Notes under the pieces: generated by a model
Seen by the model: only the letters and a program-made list of their open reading frames with translations
The model's database searches: none
What the model was told of the DNA's origin: nothing
Shown here: in pieces, positions 28,154 through 38,235 of the stretch
Layout: every line of letters starts with the position of its first letter
Position numbering within the stretch: the stretch's first letter is position 1
Origin: Gammaproteobacteria bacterium
GTDB taxonomy: Bacteria; Pseudomonadota; Gammaproteobacteria; DATFLL01
Reading direction: 5' to 3'
DNA length: 64,000 nucleotides
Assembly: GCA_035267785.1 (NCBI GenBank)
Contig: DATFLL010000075.1
Coordinates: 41,579-105,578, forward strand
Position numbers and translations under genes: made by a program

Positions 28154-31100
28154 GTGTCCACTGAGCCCTCCGCCACCACGCCCACCCTCGATGCTATCGC
28201 CCGATCCCTGGACGATGCCCTCGGTCGCGATCGGCACGGCCTGCGCCGTCGTCTGAGCCGCCTGCGCCGCGCAGCCAAACAGGGACAGCCCAAGGCCGGG
28301 GCGGTACGCGCGCTGGCTGCCGACGTCGAAGCCTCGTGCCAGCGCCGCGAGGCGCGCCGGGCCGCAGTCCCGCCCATCCGCTACCCTGAGGCGCTGCCGG
28401 TATGCGAGCGCCGCGAGGAGATCGCCGCGGCCATTCGCGATCATCAGGTCGTCGTGGTCTGCGGTGAGACCGGTTCGGGCAAGACCACACAGCTGCCAAA
28501 GATCTGTCTGGAGTTGGGCCGCGGCGTCGGCGGCTATATCGGCCATACCCAGCCGCGGCGCCTGGCGGCGCGCAGCGTTTGCGCGCGCATCGCCGAGGAG
28601 CTCGGTGCCGGGAGGGATGCCCGTGCGAATTCGGGCGGCGCTGTCGGTTACAAGGTGCGCTTTCACGACACCGTGGGGGAGGGCGCCTATATCAAGCTCA
28701 TGACCGACGGCATCTTGCTCGCCGAGGTCCAGGGCGATCGCTTTCTCGACCAGTACGACACGCTGATCATCGACGAGGCGCACGAGCGCAGCCTCAACAT
28801 CGACTTTCTGCTCGGTTATCTCAAGGATCTGCTGCCGCGTCGGCCCGACCTGAAGCTCATCATCACCTCGGCGACCATCGACCCCGAGCGCTTCTCCCGC
28901 CACTTCGGCGATGCGCCGGTTATCGAGGTCTCGGGGCGTACCTATCCGGTGGATATCCGCTATCGTCCCGTGCGCGGCGAGGACGAGGACGAACGCGATC
29001 GCGACCTGCAACAGGCCATCCTCGACGCCGTGGACGAGGTCTGCGCCATCGGCCCGGGCGATGTGCTGATCTTTCTGCCCGGCCAGCGCGAGATTCGCGA
29101 CACGGCCGAAGCGCTGCGCAAGCACCACCCGCCGCACACGGAGATATTGCCTCTGTACTCGCGCCTGTCGGCCGCCGAGCAGGATCGGGTCTTTCACCCG
29201 CACGGGGGACGGCGCATCGTGCTTGCCACCAACGTCGCCGAGACCTCGCTGACCGTGCCCGGGATCCGCTACGTCATCGACCCGGGTTACGCACGACTCA
29301 ACCGTTACAGCTACCGCAGCAAGGTGCAGCGCCTGCCGGTGGAGAAGATCTCGCAGGCCTCGGCCAATCAGCGTGCCGGGCGCTGCGGGCGCGTCAGTGC
29401 AGGCGTGTGTATACGCCTGTACAGCGAAGAGGATTTCGGCGCACGTGAGGCGTTCACGCCGCCGGAAATTCTGCGCACCAATCTGGCGGGCGTGATCCTG
29501 CAGATGCAGGCCCTGGGTCTGGGCGCGGTCGAGCGCTTTCCCTTTGTCGAAGCGCCCGATACGCGTCATGTCAACGACGGCTACCGTCTGCTGCAGGAGC
29601 TCGGCGCGGTCGACGAACGCCGGCACATCACGGCCATCGGGCGCGAGCTGGCCCGCCTGCCCATCGACGTGCGTCTGGGGCGCATGCTGCTGGCGGCGCG
29701 TGAGGAGCGCTGCCTGGCAGAGGTCCTCATCATCGTCTCGGCGCTGGCGGTGCAGGACCCGCGTGAGCGCCCGCTCGAGGCACAGGCGCAGGCCGATGCG
29801 GCGCACGAGGCCTTTGCGGACGAGCATTCGGACTTCGTCTCCTATTTGAAGCTCTGGACCTTCTACCAGGAGCAAAAGCGCCACCTGTCGCACAGGAAGC
29901 TGCGTGCCCTGTGTCGGGAGCGCTTCCTGTCCTACCTGCGCCTGCGCGAATGGGAGGACATCCACCGCCAGCTGGCCGCGCAGCTGAGTGGAATGGGGAT
30001 GACAATCAACAGAACGCCGGTAGAGGGTGACGAGGGCTATGCGGCGATTCACCGGGCGCTGTTGCACGGGTTGCTCGGAAACGTCGCGATGCGCCGCGAT
30101 GCGCGCAGCCATCTGGGCGCGCGCAATCTCCAGCTCCAGGTCCACCCCGGCTCGGCACTGGCCAAAAAGCCGCCCAAGTGGCTGGTGGCGGCCGAGTTGG
30201 TGGAGACGACGCGACTGTATGCGCGCACGGTGGCGCGGATTGAGCCGGCCTGGATAGAGCCGGTCGCGGGCCACCTGCTCAAGCGCAGCTATTCGGAGCC
30301 GCACTGGGAGCGGCGCGCGGGCCGGGTGGCGGCGTTCGAACGCGCCACGCTCTACGGCCTGCCCGTGGTGGCGCGGCGCAAGGTCAATTACGGCCCGATC
30401 GATCCCGTCGCCGCGCGGGAGTTGTTTATCCGAGGGGCCCTGGTCGAAGGAGACTTTCAGACACGCGGCGGCTTTCTGGTCCACAACCGCGCCCTGCTCG
30501 AGGAGGTCCAGGGACTGGAGCACAAGGCGCGGCGGCGCGACATCGTGGTCGACGAGGACACGCTGTACGCGTTCTACGATCGGCGCTTGCCCGCGGAGGT
30601 CTATGACGGCGTACGCTTCGAACGCTGGCGCAAGCAGGCCGAGGCGCAAACGCCGAATCTGTTATACCTGCGCCGCGAGGACCTGCTGCGCAAGGACGCG
30701 CGGGCGGTCAGCGGCGAGCGTTTCCCCGATACGCTGGCATTGGGCGATGCGGTATTGGCGCTGCATTACCACTTCGAGCCCGGCCATGCGGAAGACGGCG
30801 TGACCGTGGACGTGCCCTTGCCGGTGTTGAATCAACTGTCGGCGGCGAACCTGGACTGGCTGGTGCCCGGGCTGCTCATGGACAAGGCCGTCGCCCTCAT
30901 CAAATCCCTGCCCAAGTCGCTGCGGCGCAACTTCGTGCCGGCCCCGGATTTTGCCGCCGCCGCTTTGGAGGGCGCGACGTCGCGCGAACGGCGGTTGACC
31001 GAGGTGTTGGGCGAGGTGCTCGAGCGTATGACGGGTGTGGCGGTGCCGGCCGAGGCGTGGTGCGTCGAAGAGCTGCCCGAACACCTTCATATGCGTGTGC

Positions 31101-32137
31101 GCGTGATCGATGCCCAGGGCGGCGAACTCGCCAGCGGTCGCGACCTGGACGTTCTGCAGGCGCGGTGGGGCGAACGGGCCCGTGCCGCGTTTGAGTCCGA
31201 AGCCAGTGCCGATACCAATGCCGGTCGCGGTGCCGAGCGGGCGGCGCCCGGGCACGATGGAATTACAAAGTGGGACTTCGGGACCCTGGAGACGGCCGTG
31301 TCGGTCGAGCGCGGCGGGCTGACCCTGCAGGCCTATCCGGCGCTGGAGGATCGGGGCAAGAGCGTGACCCTGCGCCTGCTGGACAGCGCCGAACAGGCGC
31401 GGGCGATGACCCGCGGCGGGCTGCGGCGTCTGTACATGCTGGCCCTGGCGGACAAGGTCAAATATCTGCGCCGCAACCTGCGCGAGATCGACACGATGTG
31501 TCTGCAGTTCTCAGCGGTGGGGCGCTGCGAGGCGCTCAAGGACGATCTGATCGCCTGTGCCTTCGATCGAGTGTTTCTCGACGAGCACACCTGGCCGCGC
31601 ACCGGCGCGGAGTTCGCCGCCCGGGTGGAGGCCGGTCGGGGGCGCGTCATCGAGGTGGCCGACGGGATCGCCGCCCAGGCGGGCGCGGCGCTGGCCGCCT
31701 ACCATGACGTGGCCAAGCGCGTGCGCGGCAGTATTCCGCCCTCGTGGATGCATGCGGTCAAGGACATTCGCGAACAGCTCTCGGGGCTGGTTTATCCGGG
31801 GTTTGTCAGCGCAACCCCGCCGGCGCAGCTCGCTCACCTGGCGCGTTACCTGCACGCCATTTCCCGCCGACTGGACAAGCTCGATCGGAATCCGGCGCGC
31901 GACCGCGAACAGATGCTGGTGCTGCGCCCGCTGTGGGAAGCCTACCGGCAGCGGGCGCAGGCCGCCGAGGGGACCGGGATCGCAGGCGCGGGGGCAAGCG
32001 GCGACTCGGCCCTGGCACAGTTTCATTGGCTGCTGGAGGAGTGGCGCGTCTCGCTGTTCGCCCAGGAGCTCAAAACGGCCCAGCCCGTCTCCGAGCAGCG
32101 GCTGCGTCAGGCGTGGCAGGCGTTGTCGGGCACTTGA
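28154..32137 (+). CDS. hrpA: ATP-dependent RNA helicase HrpA (DEAH-box)
   Basis: VVVCGETGSGKTTQLPK, DEAHERSLNIDFLLGYLK, SATID, the HA2/OB region and a long C-terminal extension (1327 aa) are typical of HrpA. GTG start. Confidence 0.9.
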   Translation: MSTEPSATTPTLDAIARSLDDALGRDRHGLRRRLSRLRRAAKQGQPKAGAVRALAADVEASCQRREARRAAVPPIRYPEALPVCERREEIAAAIRDHQVVVVCGETGSGKTTQLPKICLELGRGVGGYIGHTQPRRLAARSVCARIAEELGAGRDARANSGGAVGYKVRFHDTVGEGAYIKLMTDGILLAEVQGDRFLDQYDTLIIDEAHERSLNIDFLLGYLKDLLPRRPDLKLIITSATIDPERFSRHFGDAPVIEVSGRTYPVDIRYRPVRGEDEDERDRDLQQAILDAVDEVCAIGPGDVLIFLPGQREIRDTAEALRKHHPPHTEILPLYSRLSAAEQDRVFHPHGGRRIVLATNVAETSLTVPGIRYVIDPGYARLNRYSYRSKVQRLPVEKISQASANQRAGRCGRVSAGVCIRLYSEEDFGAREAFTPPEILRTNLAGVILQMQALGLGAVERFPFVEAPDTRHVNDGYRLLQELGAVDERRHITAIGRELARLPIDVRLGRMLLAAREERCLAEVLIIVSALAVQDPRERPLEAQAQADAAHEAFADEHSDFVSYLKLWTFYQEQKRHLSHRKLRALCRERFLSYLRLREWEDIHRQLAAQLSGMGMTINRTPVEGDEGYAAIHRALLHGLLGNVAMRRDARSHLGARNLQLQVHPGSALAKKPPKWLVAAELVETTRLYARTVARIEPAWIEPVAGHLLKRSYSEPHWERRAGRVAAFERATLYGLPVVARRKVNYGPIDPVAARELFIRGALVEGDFQTRGGFLVHNRALLEEVQGLEHKARRRDIVVDEDTLYAFYDRRLPAEVYDGVRFERWRKQAEAQTPNLLYLRREDLLRKDARAVSGERFPDTLALGDAVLALHYHFEPGHAEDGVTVDVPLPVLNQLSAANLDWLVPGLLMDKAVALIKSLPKSLRRNFVPAPDFAAAALEGATSRERRLTEVLGEVLERMTGVAVPAEAWCVEELPEHLHMRVRVIDAQGGELASGRDLDVLQARWGERARAAFESEASADTNAGRGAERAAPGHDGITKWDFGTLETAVSVERGGLTLQAYPALEDRGKSVTLRLLDSAEQARAMTRGGLRRLYMLALADKVKYLRRNLREIDTMCLQFSAVGRCEALKDDLIACAFDRVFLDEHTWPRTGAEFAARVEAGRGRVIEVADGIAAQAGAALAAYHDVAKRVRGSIPPSWMHAVKDIREQLSGLVYPGFVSATPPAQLAHLARYLHAISRRLDKLDRNPARDREQMLVLRPLWEAYRQRAQAAEGTGIAGAGASGDSALAQFHWLLEEWRVSLFAQELKTAQPVSEQRLRQAWQALSGT

Positions 32138-32147
32138 CCGGGTGTCG

Positions 32148-33671
32148 TCACGCCGCGTCCGCGGCGCTGCCGCCCGTGTGGCCGCGGTAGGCCGCGATCA
32201 GGCGCATGGCTTGGGTGCGGCAGCGTGCGTCCAGCGCCATGGCGTGCTCCAACGCGGTAACGCCCGCCGGTTCGCCGCAAGACAGCAGCAGTCGACCGGC
32301 CTCGAGCAGTTGAGCGGCGTCGTCAGGATGTTCGCTCACCAGGCGCTTGAACAGCGGTACGGCGGCGGACTTGTCGAGATGTTTGGCCACAAGGCGTGCG
32401 TGCATCCATGCTTCGCGCGGTTCGAGAGCACCGCGTTGGGCACGTGCATTGAGCGTCTTGAGTACCTGCAGCTCGCGCTGATACTTGGTATGGCGCTGCT
32501 GCCACTCGGCCAGGTGTCCGCGCAGCCAGCTTTTGTCCAGTCGGGCGCACAGATTGGGCAGGGCGGCGCCGAGCAGCGCGGCCGTCGCCGTTTCTCCGCC
32601 GGTCGCCGCGGGTAGGTGACCGTGTTCGTGACCGATGTTGTCGAGCCGCTCGGCCAGGCCGGGCTGCAGCGCATCGCCGTCGCGACGCATGGCCTCGGTC
32701 AGCCACCGCTGGGGCTCGCTGCGCTGCAGCAGCGTGGGCAGCGCCTGGATCAGCCGGCTGTAGGGTCCCATCGGCGGAGTCGCGTGTTTGTATGCCAGGC
32801 GCCAGAAGGGCGGCCAGAATCGCTCCTTGAGCAGACGTGGATAGACGGTCAACGCCGACACGAGCTCGACGACGACGCGATCGTTGACGGTATCCAGTGC
32901 GTATTGATCGCCCTCGAGCTCATCGCGACGCACCGTATAGCGGGCGGCGAACGTGAACAGCCGCGCGTACCAAAGAAAGCACACCTGTAGCAGCCAACGC
33001 ACTTTCGGTGGCTGCAGACGATAGAGCTTCGCGTACTGCAACCAGGCCTCGTGAAGACGATGCAACCAGCCGGTGATGCGGTTGTGGCGCAGACTGGCCT
33101 GGCCGATGGCGCGGGCCAGCGCGCCTTCGGCGTGTTCGGGTGACAGTGCCGCCATCAGCGGCAGGCCGATGCGAAGGTGCAGGCGCGGGGCGAAGGGAAA
33201 TCCGTTCAGCGGGACGTAACCCATGGTTACCGCCATCTCGCCGGTCAAGGTGACGCGGTGGGCCGGGCTTGCCCCGTAGGTGGTGTACAGGGCCGCGAGA
33301 TGTTCGAACAGGGCGGGGCATTCGGACTGCTGAAGCTCGATGCCGCCGGCGTCGCCCCGGTCGGGCTTGAGCCGCAGCAGTGCGACGGTCACTCCAGTGC
33401 CAAACACCGCCGCGACGACCTCGCCCGCAACTGCGGCCCAGCCCAGCGGCCCGTCGGCCGCCATCACGCTGTCGGGCAGGTCGACCAGACAATAGATGGC
33501 CAGTATCGGGAAGGCGAGCAGCCACACATAACCCAGGACGGCGAGCGCCGCGGTCAATGCCAGATACAGGCTCGGCAGATTTCGCGTCAGGCGGGCCAGC
33601 GCCGAGCGGCGGCGCCCGCGCCGTGGTTTACGGCCGGTGCGCTCGAGCAGCTGTTTGAGGGGTTGCCACAT
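32148..33671 (-). CDS. Hypothetical polytopic membrane protein with helical C-terminal region
   Basis: N-terminal TM helices (LYLALTAALAVLGYVWLLAFPILAIYCLV). Contains HEHGH about 370 aa in. The ORF is long and coding-like. Convergent with hrpA, 10 nt apart. Confidence 0.55.
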   Translation of the reverse strand: MWQPLKQLLERTGRKPRRGRRRSALARLTRNLPSLYLALTAALAVLGYVWLLAFPILAIYCLVDLPDSVMAADGPLGWAAVAGEVVAAVFGTGVTVALLRLKPDRGDAGGIELQQSECPALFEHLAALYTTYGASPAHRVTLTGEMAVTMGYVPLNGFPFAPRLHLRIGLPLMAALSPEHAEGALARAIGQASLRHNRITGWLHRLHEAWLQYAKLYRLQPPKVRWLLQVCFLWYARLFTFAARYTVRRDELEGDQYALDTVNDRVVVELVSALTVYPRLLKERFWPPFWRLAYKHATPPMGPYSRLIQALPTLLQRSEPQRWLTEAMRRDGDALQPGLAERLDNIGHEHGHLPAATGGETATAALLGAALPNLCARLDKSWLRGHLAEWQQRHTKYQRELQVLKTLNARAQRGALEPREAWMHARLVAKHLDKSAAVPLFKRLVSEHPDDAAQLLEAGRLLLSCGEPAGVTALEHAMALDARCRTQAMRLIAAYRGHTGGSAADAA

Positions 33672-33815
33672 GGCCGGCCTCCTGCGGCGCGGAGTATGCA
33701 TATCAATATAGCAGCAGACCATACGGCATCAGCGGCTCATCGCCGCGACCAAGGTCACAGTTCGATGCCGCGGCCGGCGTGCCCGGCAGGTCCGGAGCGA
33801 TGCGGGCGGGGCCGC

Positions 33816-34571
33816 TCAGCCTCGCTCGCGTTTGGGCATCAGGGCCTCTATCAGATCGATGGGCAACGGGAAGACGATGGTGGAGGATTTGTCGCCCGCC
33901 ACTTCGGTCAGGGTCTGCATGTAACGCAGCTGGATGGCCTGGGGCTGCGCCGAGAGCCTTTCCGCCGCCTGGACCAGCTTTTCGGCGGCCTGCATTTCGC
34001 CTTCGGCGTGGATCACCTTGGCGCGGCGTACGCGTTCGGCCTCGGCCTGTTTGGCGATGGCCCTGATCATGCTCTCGTCCAGGTCCACGTGTTTGATCTC
34101 GACGTTGGCGACCTTGATGCCCCAGGCATCGGTCTGCATATCGAGGATCGCCTGAATGTCCTGGTTGAGCTTGTCGCGTTCGGCGAGCATCTCGTCGAGC
34201 TCGTGTTGGCCCAGGACCGAGCGCAGGGTGGTCTGGGCGAGCTGACTGGTGGCCGCGTAGAAGTCCTCGACCTGGATGATGGCCTTCTCCGGTTCGATGA
34301 CGCGGAAGTAGACCACGGCGTTGACCTTGACCGAAACGTTGTCGCGCGAAATGACGTCCTGGCTGGGTACGTCCATGACAATGGTGCGCAGGTCGACCTT
34401 TTCCATGGTCTGGACCATGGGGATCACGATGATCAGCCCCGGCCCCTTGACCTTCCAGAACCGGCCGAGCATGAAGATAACGCCGCGTTCGTATTCGCGC
34501 AGAATCTTGATCGCGCTGATGAGAAACAGCGCAATCGCGCCGACGATGATGTACAGGGTGTAGGCCGTCAT
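33816..34571 (-). CDS. SPFH/band-7 (stomatin-like, QmcA family) membrane protein
   Basis: [38 protein letters not shown] ... [33 protein letters not shown], plus a coiled-coil tail. Confidence 0.9.
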   Translation of the reverse strand: MTAYTLYIIVGAIALFLISAIKILREYERGVIFMLGRFWKVKGPGLIIVIPMVQTMEKVDLRTIVMDVPSQDVISRDNVSVKVNAVVYFRVIEPEKAIIQVEDFYAATSQLAQTTLRSVLGQHELDEMLAERDKLNQDIQAILDMQTDAWGIKVANVEIKHVDLDESMIRAIAKQAEAERVRRAKVIHAEGEMQAAEKLVQAAERLSAQPQAIQLRYMQTLTEVAGDKSSTIVFPLPIDLIEALMPKRERG

Positions 34572-35962
34572 CGAGTATCCTCCCTCCGTTTATTGTCCGG
34601 TGCCACCGTCAGCGTGAGCCCTTCCCGGCCCGTGACCTTGATCTTTTGCCCGCGTTTGAGCGGTGTGCTGGTCAGCGCGTTCCACAATTCGCTGTGCACG
34701 CGCACGGTCCCGCTGGCGTCGAAGTCGGCGAGTGCCTCGCCCGAGGCACCGATCAGCTCCTCCTCGCCGCTGACCACCGGGCGGTGGCGCGACCGGATGA
34801 CCAGGCCCAGCAGCAGGATGAACAACACGGCGCTGAGCAGCGTGAATGCGCCGATCAGTGCCGGCGAGATGCCGAAGCCCGGGGCCCGGCTGTCGATCAG
34901 AATGACCGAACCGATGGCAAAGGCGATGATCCCGCCGATACCCAGCGCCCCGAAACTCGGCGCAAAGGCCTCGGCCACCATGAGTGCGATACCCAGCAGC
35001 AGAAGACCGACCCCGGCGTAGTTGATCGGCAGCGCCTGAAACGCGAACAAGGCCAGCAGCAGACAGATCGCCCCGACCGTACCGGGCAGAATCGCGCCGG
35101 GGTTGGAGAACTCGAAGACCAGGCCGTAGATGCCGATCAGCATCAGGATGTAGGCCACGTTCGGGTTGGTGATCACACCGAGCAGCCGCGTGCGCCAGTC
35201 GGGCTTGAATGTTTCGACATTCAACTGCCGTGTCTCGAGCGTGCGCGTCCGGCCCAGCACGTTGACCTTGCGGCCGGCAATCTTTGCCAGCAGGCTGTGG
35301 ACGTCGTCGGCCATGAGGTCGACGACGTTCTGCTTGAGCGCTTCGTCGGCGGGCAGGCTGGCCGCTTCGCGGACCGCCTTCTCCGCCCAGTCGGCGTTGC
35401 GCCCGCGCAGCTTGGCCAGTCCCCGGATATAGGCGACGGCGTCGTTGACCATCTTGTGATGCATGGTGTCGCCGCCGTCCTTGGACTGGTCCGTGTCGTC
35501 CCCGCCGCCGGTGGGTCCGCTGAGCTGGACCGGTGTGGCGGCTCCCAGGTTGGTCCCCGGTGCCATCGCCGCGACATGGCTGGCGTACAGAATATAGGTG
35601 CCCGCGCTGGCGGCGCGTGCACCGCTGGGGGCGACGTAGCTGACGACCGGCACGGGGGAGGCCATGATATGCTTGATGATGTCGCGCATGGCGGTGTCCA
35701 GCCCGCCGGGTGTGTCCATGCGCAGGATGACCACCTCGGCGCCGCGCTCGGCGGCTTGCGCCAGACCGCGGTCGACGTAGTCACTGGTCGCCGGGCCGAT
35801 CGGACCGTTGATGTCCAGCAGCAGGGCGATGCCACGGGGGGCACCGTCGGTCGAGCCGGAGTTCGGGGACAACGGTGCGGCGTCGGCGCGGAACTGGCCG
35901 GCCAGGACGGCGACCAACAGGCCGAACACCGGAATCCATTTCAGGTAACGCGCGATGGCCAT
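34568..35962 (-). CDS. NfeD-family membrane-bound serine protease (ClpP-class)
   Basis: [46 protein letters not shown] (ClpP-like), then TM helices and a C-terminal OB domain. Its last 4 nt overlap the start of the SPFH gene, the classic NfeD-SPFH pair. Confidence 0.85.
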   Translation of the reverse strand: MAIARYLKWIPVFGLLVAVLAGQFRADAAPLSPNSGSTDGAPRGIALLLDINGPIGPATSDYVDRGLAQAAERGAEVVILRMDTPGGLDTAMRDIIKHIMASPVPVVSYVAPSGARAASAGTYILYASHVAAMAPGTNLGAATPVQLSGPTGGGDDTDQSKDGGDTMHHKMVNDAVAYIRGLAKLRGRNADWAEKAVREAASLPADEALKQNVVDLMADDVHSLLAKIAGRKVNVLGRTRTLETRQLNVETFKPDWRTRLLGVITNPNVAYILMLIGIYGLVFEFSNPGAILPGTVGAICLLLALFAFQALPINYAGVGLLLLGIALMVAEAFAPSFGALGIGGIIAFAIGSVILIDSRAPGFGISPALIGAFTLLSAVLFILLLGLVIRSRHRPVVSGEEELIGASGEALADFDASGTVRVHSELWNALTSTPLKRGQKIKVTGREGLTLTVAPDNKRREDTR

Positions 35963-36010
35963 CGAGGGCTCGCAATCGACCACAGACACCTCAAGCATAG
36001 CGACCGACTA

Positions 36011-36526
36011 ATGCCTTGCCAACTCAGCATTCGCTGCGTTACCGGATCAGGCCGGCCGGGAGTCTCGAACCGCGGCGCTTGGGCGCGGTTGTTCGTCGCC
36101 CTGTGCAGTGCGGCGTTGTTGACGGGTCTGCTGCAGGCCTGCAGCAAGCCACCCGATGAGACGCAGATCCGCACCGCAATCGACGCGATGGCTCAAGCCG
36201 TGCAGGACAAGGACCGCAGTGCTTTCGTTGAACACCTGTCGCCCGAGTTCAAGGCGGGCAATGGCATGGACCAGAACGGCCTTGGGCGGCTGATGCTGTT
36301 CGAGTTTCAGCGCAACAAGAAGATCGGCGTGTACGTCGTCGATACGGACGTGCAGGTCGATGGGCTCTGGGCCAATGCCGTGCTGCACGTGGCCGTTACG
36401 GGTGCCAGCGATTGGCTGCCCGAGCGGGCGCGTTACTATCGCGTGAGCACGCGCTGGCACAAGCGGGACGGACAGTGGCGGGTTCGGCGCGCCCGGTGGG
36501 AGTCGGTGACGGCACCGGCTGGTTGA
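36011..36526 (+). CDS. Putative lipoprotein (NTF2/SnoaL-like fold suspected); start uncertain
   Basis: Lipobox LLTGLLQAC followed by SKPPDETQIRTAIDAMAQAVQDKDRSAFVEHLSPEF. The only in-frame ATG, at 36011, gives a long leader. The true start may be a downstream non-ATG codon. Confidence 0.5.
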   Translation: MPCQLSIRCVTGSGRPGVSNRGAWARLFVALCSAALLTGLLQACSKPPDETQIRTAIDAMAQAVQDKDRSAFVEHLSPEFKAGNGMDQNGLGRLMLFEFQRNKKIGVYVVDTDVQVDGLWANAVLHVAVTGASDWLPERARYYRVSTRWHKRDGQWRVRRARWESVTAPAG

Positions 36527-36557
36527 CGTCTCCGTGGATAATGCGCCGCCGCCGGCC

Positions 36558-37103
36558 TCATGAGGCGCGCGAGGTGGGGGTGATGGTGCCGGTGTGCAGA
36601 CCGTAGTGTCCGCGGTGCCGGTCGCCGAAGAAGTGGCGCAGCGTCTCGTGAATCGTACGAAAGGCGAGCCGCTCCCATGGGATATCGGACTCGGCGAACA
36701 AGGCGACCTCCAGGCTCTCGTCGCCGGCGCGATAGTGCAGGTCCAGCAGGCGCGCCCGGTACATGATATAGACCTGATTGATGTGCGGCAGGTCGAACAT
36801 GGAGTACAGCGAGAGGATCTCGATGTTGGCGTTGGCCTCTTCCTTGGCTTCGCGCGCCGCCCCTTCACCCGTGGTCTCACCGTTTTCCATGAACCCGGCC
36901 GGCAGGGTCCACAGTCCGTAGCGCGGCTCGATGGCGCGCCGACACAGCAGGACCTTGTCTTCCCACACCGGAATTGCGCCCACGACCATCTTCGGGTTCT
37001 GGTAATGCACCGCGTTGCACGCGTCGCAGACGTACCGGGGTAGGTTGTCGCCTTCGGGGATGCGCAGGGTGACGGAGTGGCCGCAGTGGCTGCAAAAATT
37101 CAT
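36558..37103 (-). CDS. NUDIX hydrolase with N-terminal zinc ribbon (NudC-like architecture)
   Basis: CSHCGHS...CDAC zinc ribbon. NUDIX box GFMENGETTGEGAAREAKEEANA. Confidence 0.8.
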   Translation of the reverse strand: MNFCSHCGHSVTLRIPEGDNLPRYVCDACNAVHYQNPKMVVGAIPVWEDKVLLCRRAIEPRYGLWTLPAGFMENGETTGEGAAREAKEEANANIEILSLYSMFDLPHINQVYIMYRARLLDLHYRAGDESLEVALFAESDIPWERLAFRTIHETLRHFFGDRHRGHYGLHTGTITPTSRAS

Positions 37104-37209
37104 GGGCGGATGGCGTGGCGTTGTCGAGCGTTTTCCCGATTCCCGGATCGGACTGCAAAGCGATTACTATGGTGTGCGAACGCCTGGGTACGCGGCGCAC
37201 CGGGGCGTG

Positions 37210-37446
37210 TTATACGCCGCGCAGCGAGACACCGTCATTGAGCCACGCCGCCCATTGAGCGTGCAGGGAGACGTCGACGCCGTCTTCGCGGGCACGTCTC
37301 TGCAGGATGCGCTGCAGATCGTGCATGAGTTCCGAGTCCATCAACTCCATGTGCTCGGGTAACTGTGAGTGTAGAATGCGGTAGACCCGCTTGAGATCCT
37401 CGATCGGATAGTCGGCAAGAGGGCGCATGCTCTGGGCCTCGGTCAT
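37210..37446 (-). CDS. Small hypothetical protein (78 aa) immediately downstream of hspQ
   Basis: MTEAQSMRPLADYPIEDLKRVYRILHSQLPEHMELMDSELMHDLQRILQRRAREDGVDVSLHAQWAAWLNDGVSLRGV. ATG lies 17 nt after the hspQ stop. No strong RBS. Confidence 0.4.
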   Translation of the reverse strand: MTEAQSMRPLADYPIEDLKRVYRILHSQLPEHMELMDSELMHDLQRILQRRAREDGVDVSLHAQWAAWLNDGVSLRGV

Positions 37447-37462
37447 GATGCGTTGCCGCGCT

Positions 37463-37795
37463 TCAATTCCAGCGCTGGCGTGTGACGTAGCCGTCACCTT
37501 TGAACTCGGTGAAGAAGTCGCCGAGCAGCGGATGCTCGATCGGCCGATCGCTGGTGTCGGGCTCCAGGTTGCGTTCGGCCACGTAGGTCGTGTGCTCGGC
37601 GCCGTCGACCAGGACATGGTACCAGGGCCGGTCCTTGGGCGGGCGGCTGCGGGCCACCTGCTCGTACCATTGGTCGCTGCCCTGGAAGACGGGGTCGACA
37701 TCGACCACGACGCCGCGGTAGTCGAACAGGCGGTGGTGGATGAGCTGTCCCGGGGCAAAACGCGCGCCGCCGGAATGCAGGCCTTGCATGCTCAT
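37463..37795 (-). CDS. hspQ: Heat shock protein HspQ (YccV-like hemimethylated-DNA-binding domain)
   Basis: [37 protein letters not shown] ... compare E. coli HspQ ...[25 protein letters not shown]. 110 aa. Confidence 0.8.
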   Translation of the reverse strand: [110 protein letters not shown]

Positions 37796-37805
37796 GATTG
37801 GCAGC

Positions 37806-38090
37806 CTATTTTTTCTGGCCCTGCGGGGTGTAACCCGCCGGCAGTTGGCCGTAGTCGCCCTCGCCGAACAGGAAGCCCCGCATATGCAGCTCGATGACCT
37901 CGAGGCTGCCCGGATCGGCCGTGCTGAGGCGGTTTTCGTTGAGGATGGTGGCCAGGCGCTGCAGCCACTGCTTCCAACCCTCTTCGGAGACTTCTTCGAA
38001 GATGCGCTGTCCGAGCTCACCGGGATAGGGCGGGCGAGGCAGGCCCTCGGCCTCGCGTTTCAGAACCTGACAAAAGACCATACGAGTCAT
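37806..38090 (-). CDS. yggX: Fe(2+)-trafficking protein YggX
   Basis: MTRMVFCQVLKREAEGLPRPPYPGELGQRIFEEVSEEGWKQW aligns to E. coli YggX [42 protein letters not shown]. Confidence 0.85.
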   Translation of the reverse strand: MTRMVFCQVLKREAEGLPRPPYPGELGQRIFEEVSEEGWKQWLQRLATILNENRLSTADPGSLEVIELHMRGFLFGEGDYGQLPAGYTPQGQKK

Positions 38091-38235
38091 ATCAATACCA
38101 ATTCGGTCGTGCGTCTACACGGACGCGGCGTGAACTGCTAAAATACCAAGTAATTAGCTAGGTTATTATTGCCCCCGCGCTACGCGGAGTCAAATGGCAT
38201 ACTGCAGGGCAAATTGTAACAAAGGAGTCGTGATA

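Noticed and set aside
25619-30649. 1676-aa ORF on the minus strand spanning the cfa-like, oxidoreductase and hrpA genes
   Set aside because: It is antisense to three genes with clear homology and motifs. Long stop-free antisense frames are expected at this GC content. The translation is low-complexity and Arg/Ala/Gly-rich.
33177-36526. Long plus-strand ORFs (33177-35021 and 34646-36526) overlapping the SPFH and NfeD genes
   Set aside because: They are antisense to the SPFH-NfeD operon. Only the final ~170 codons of 34646-36526 (from 36011) look like a real lipoprotein gene.
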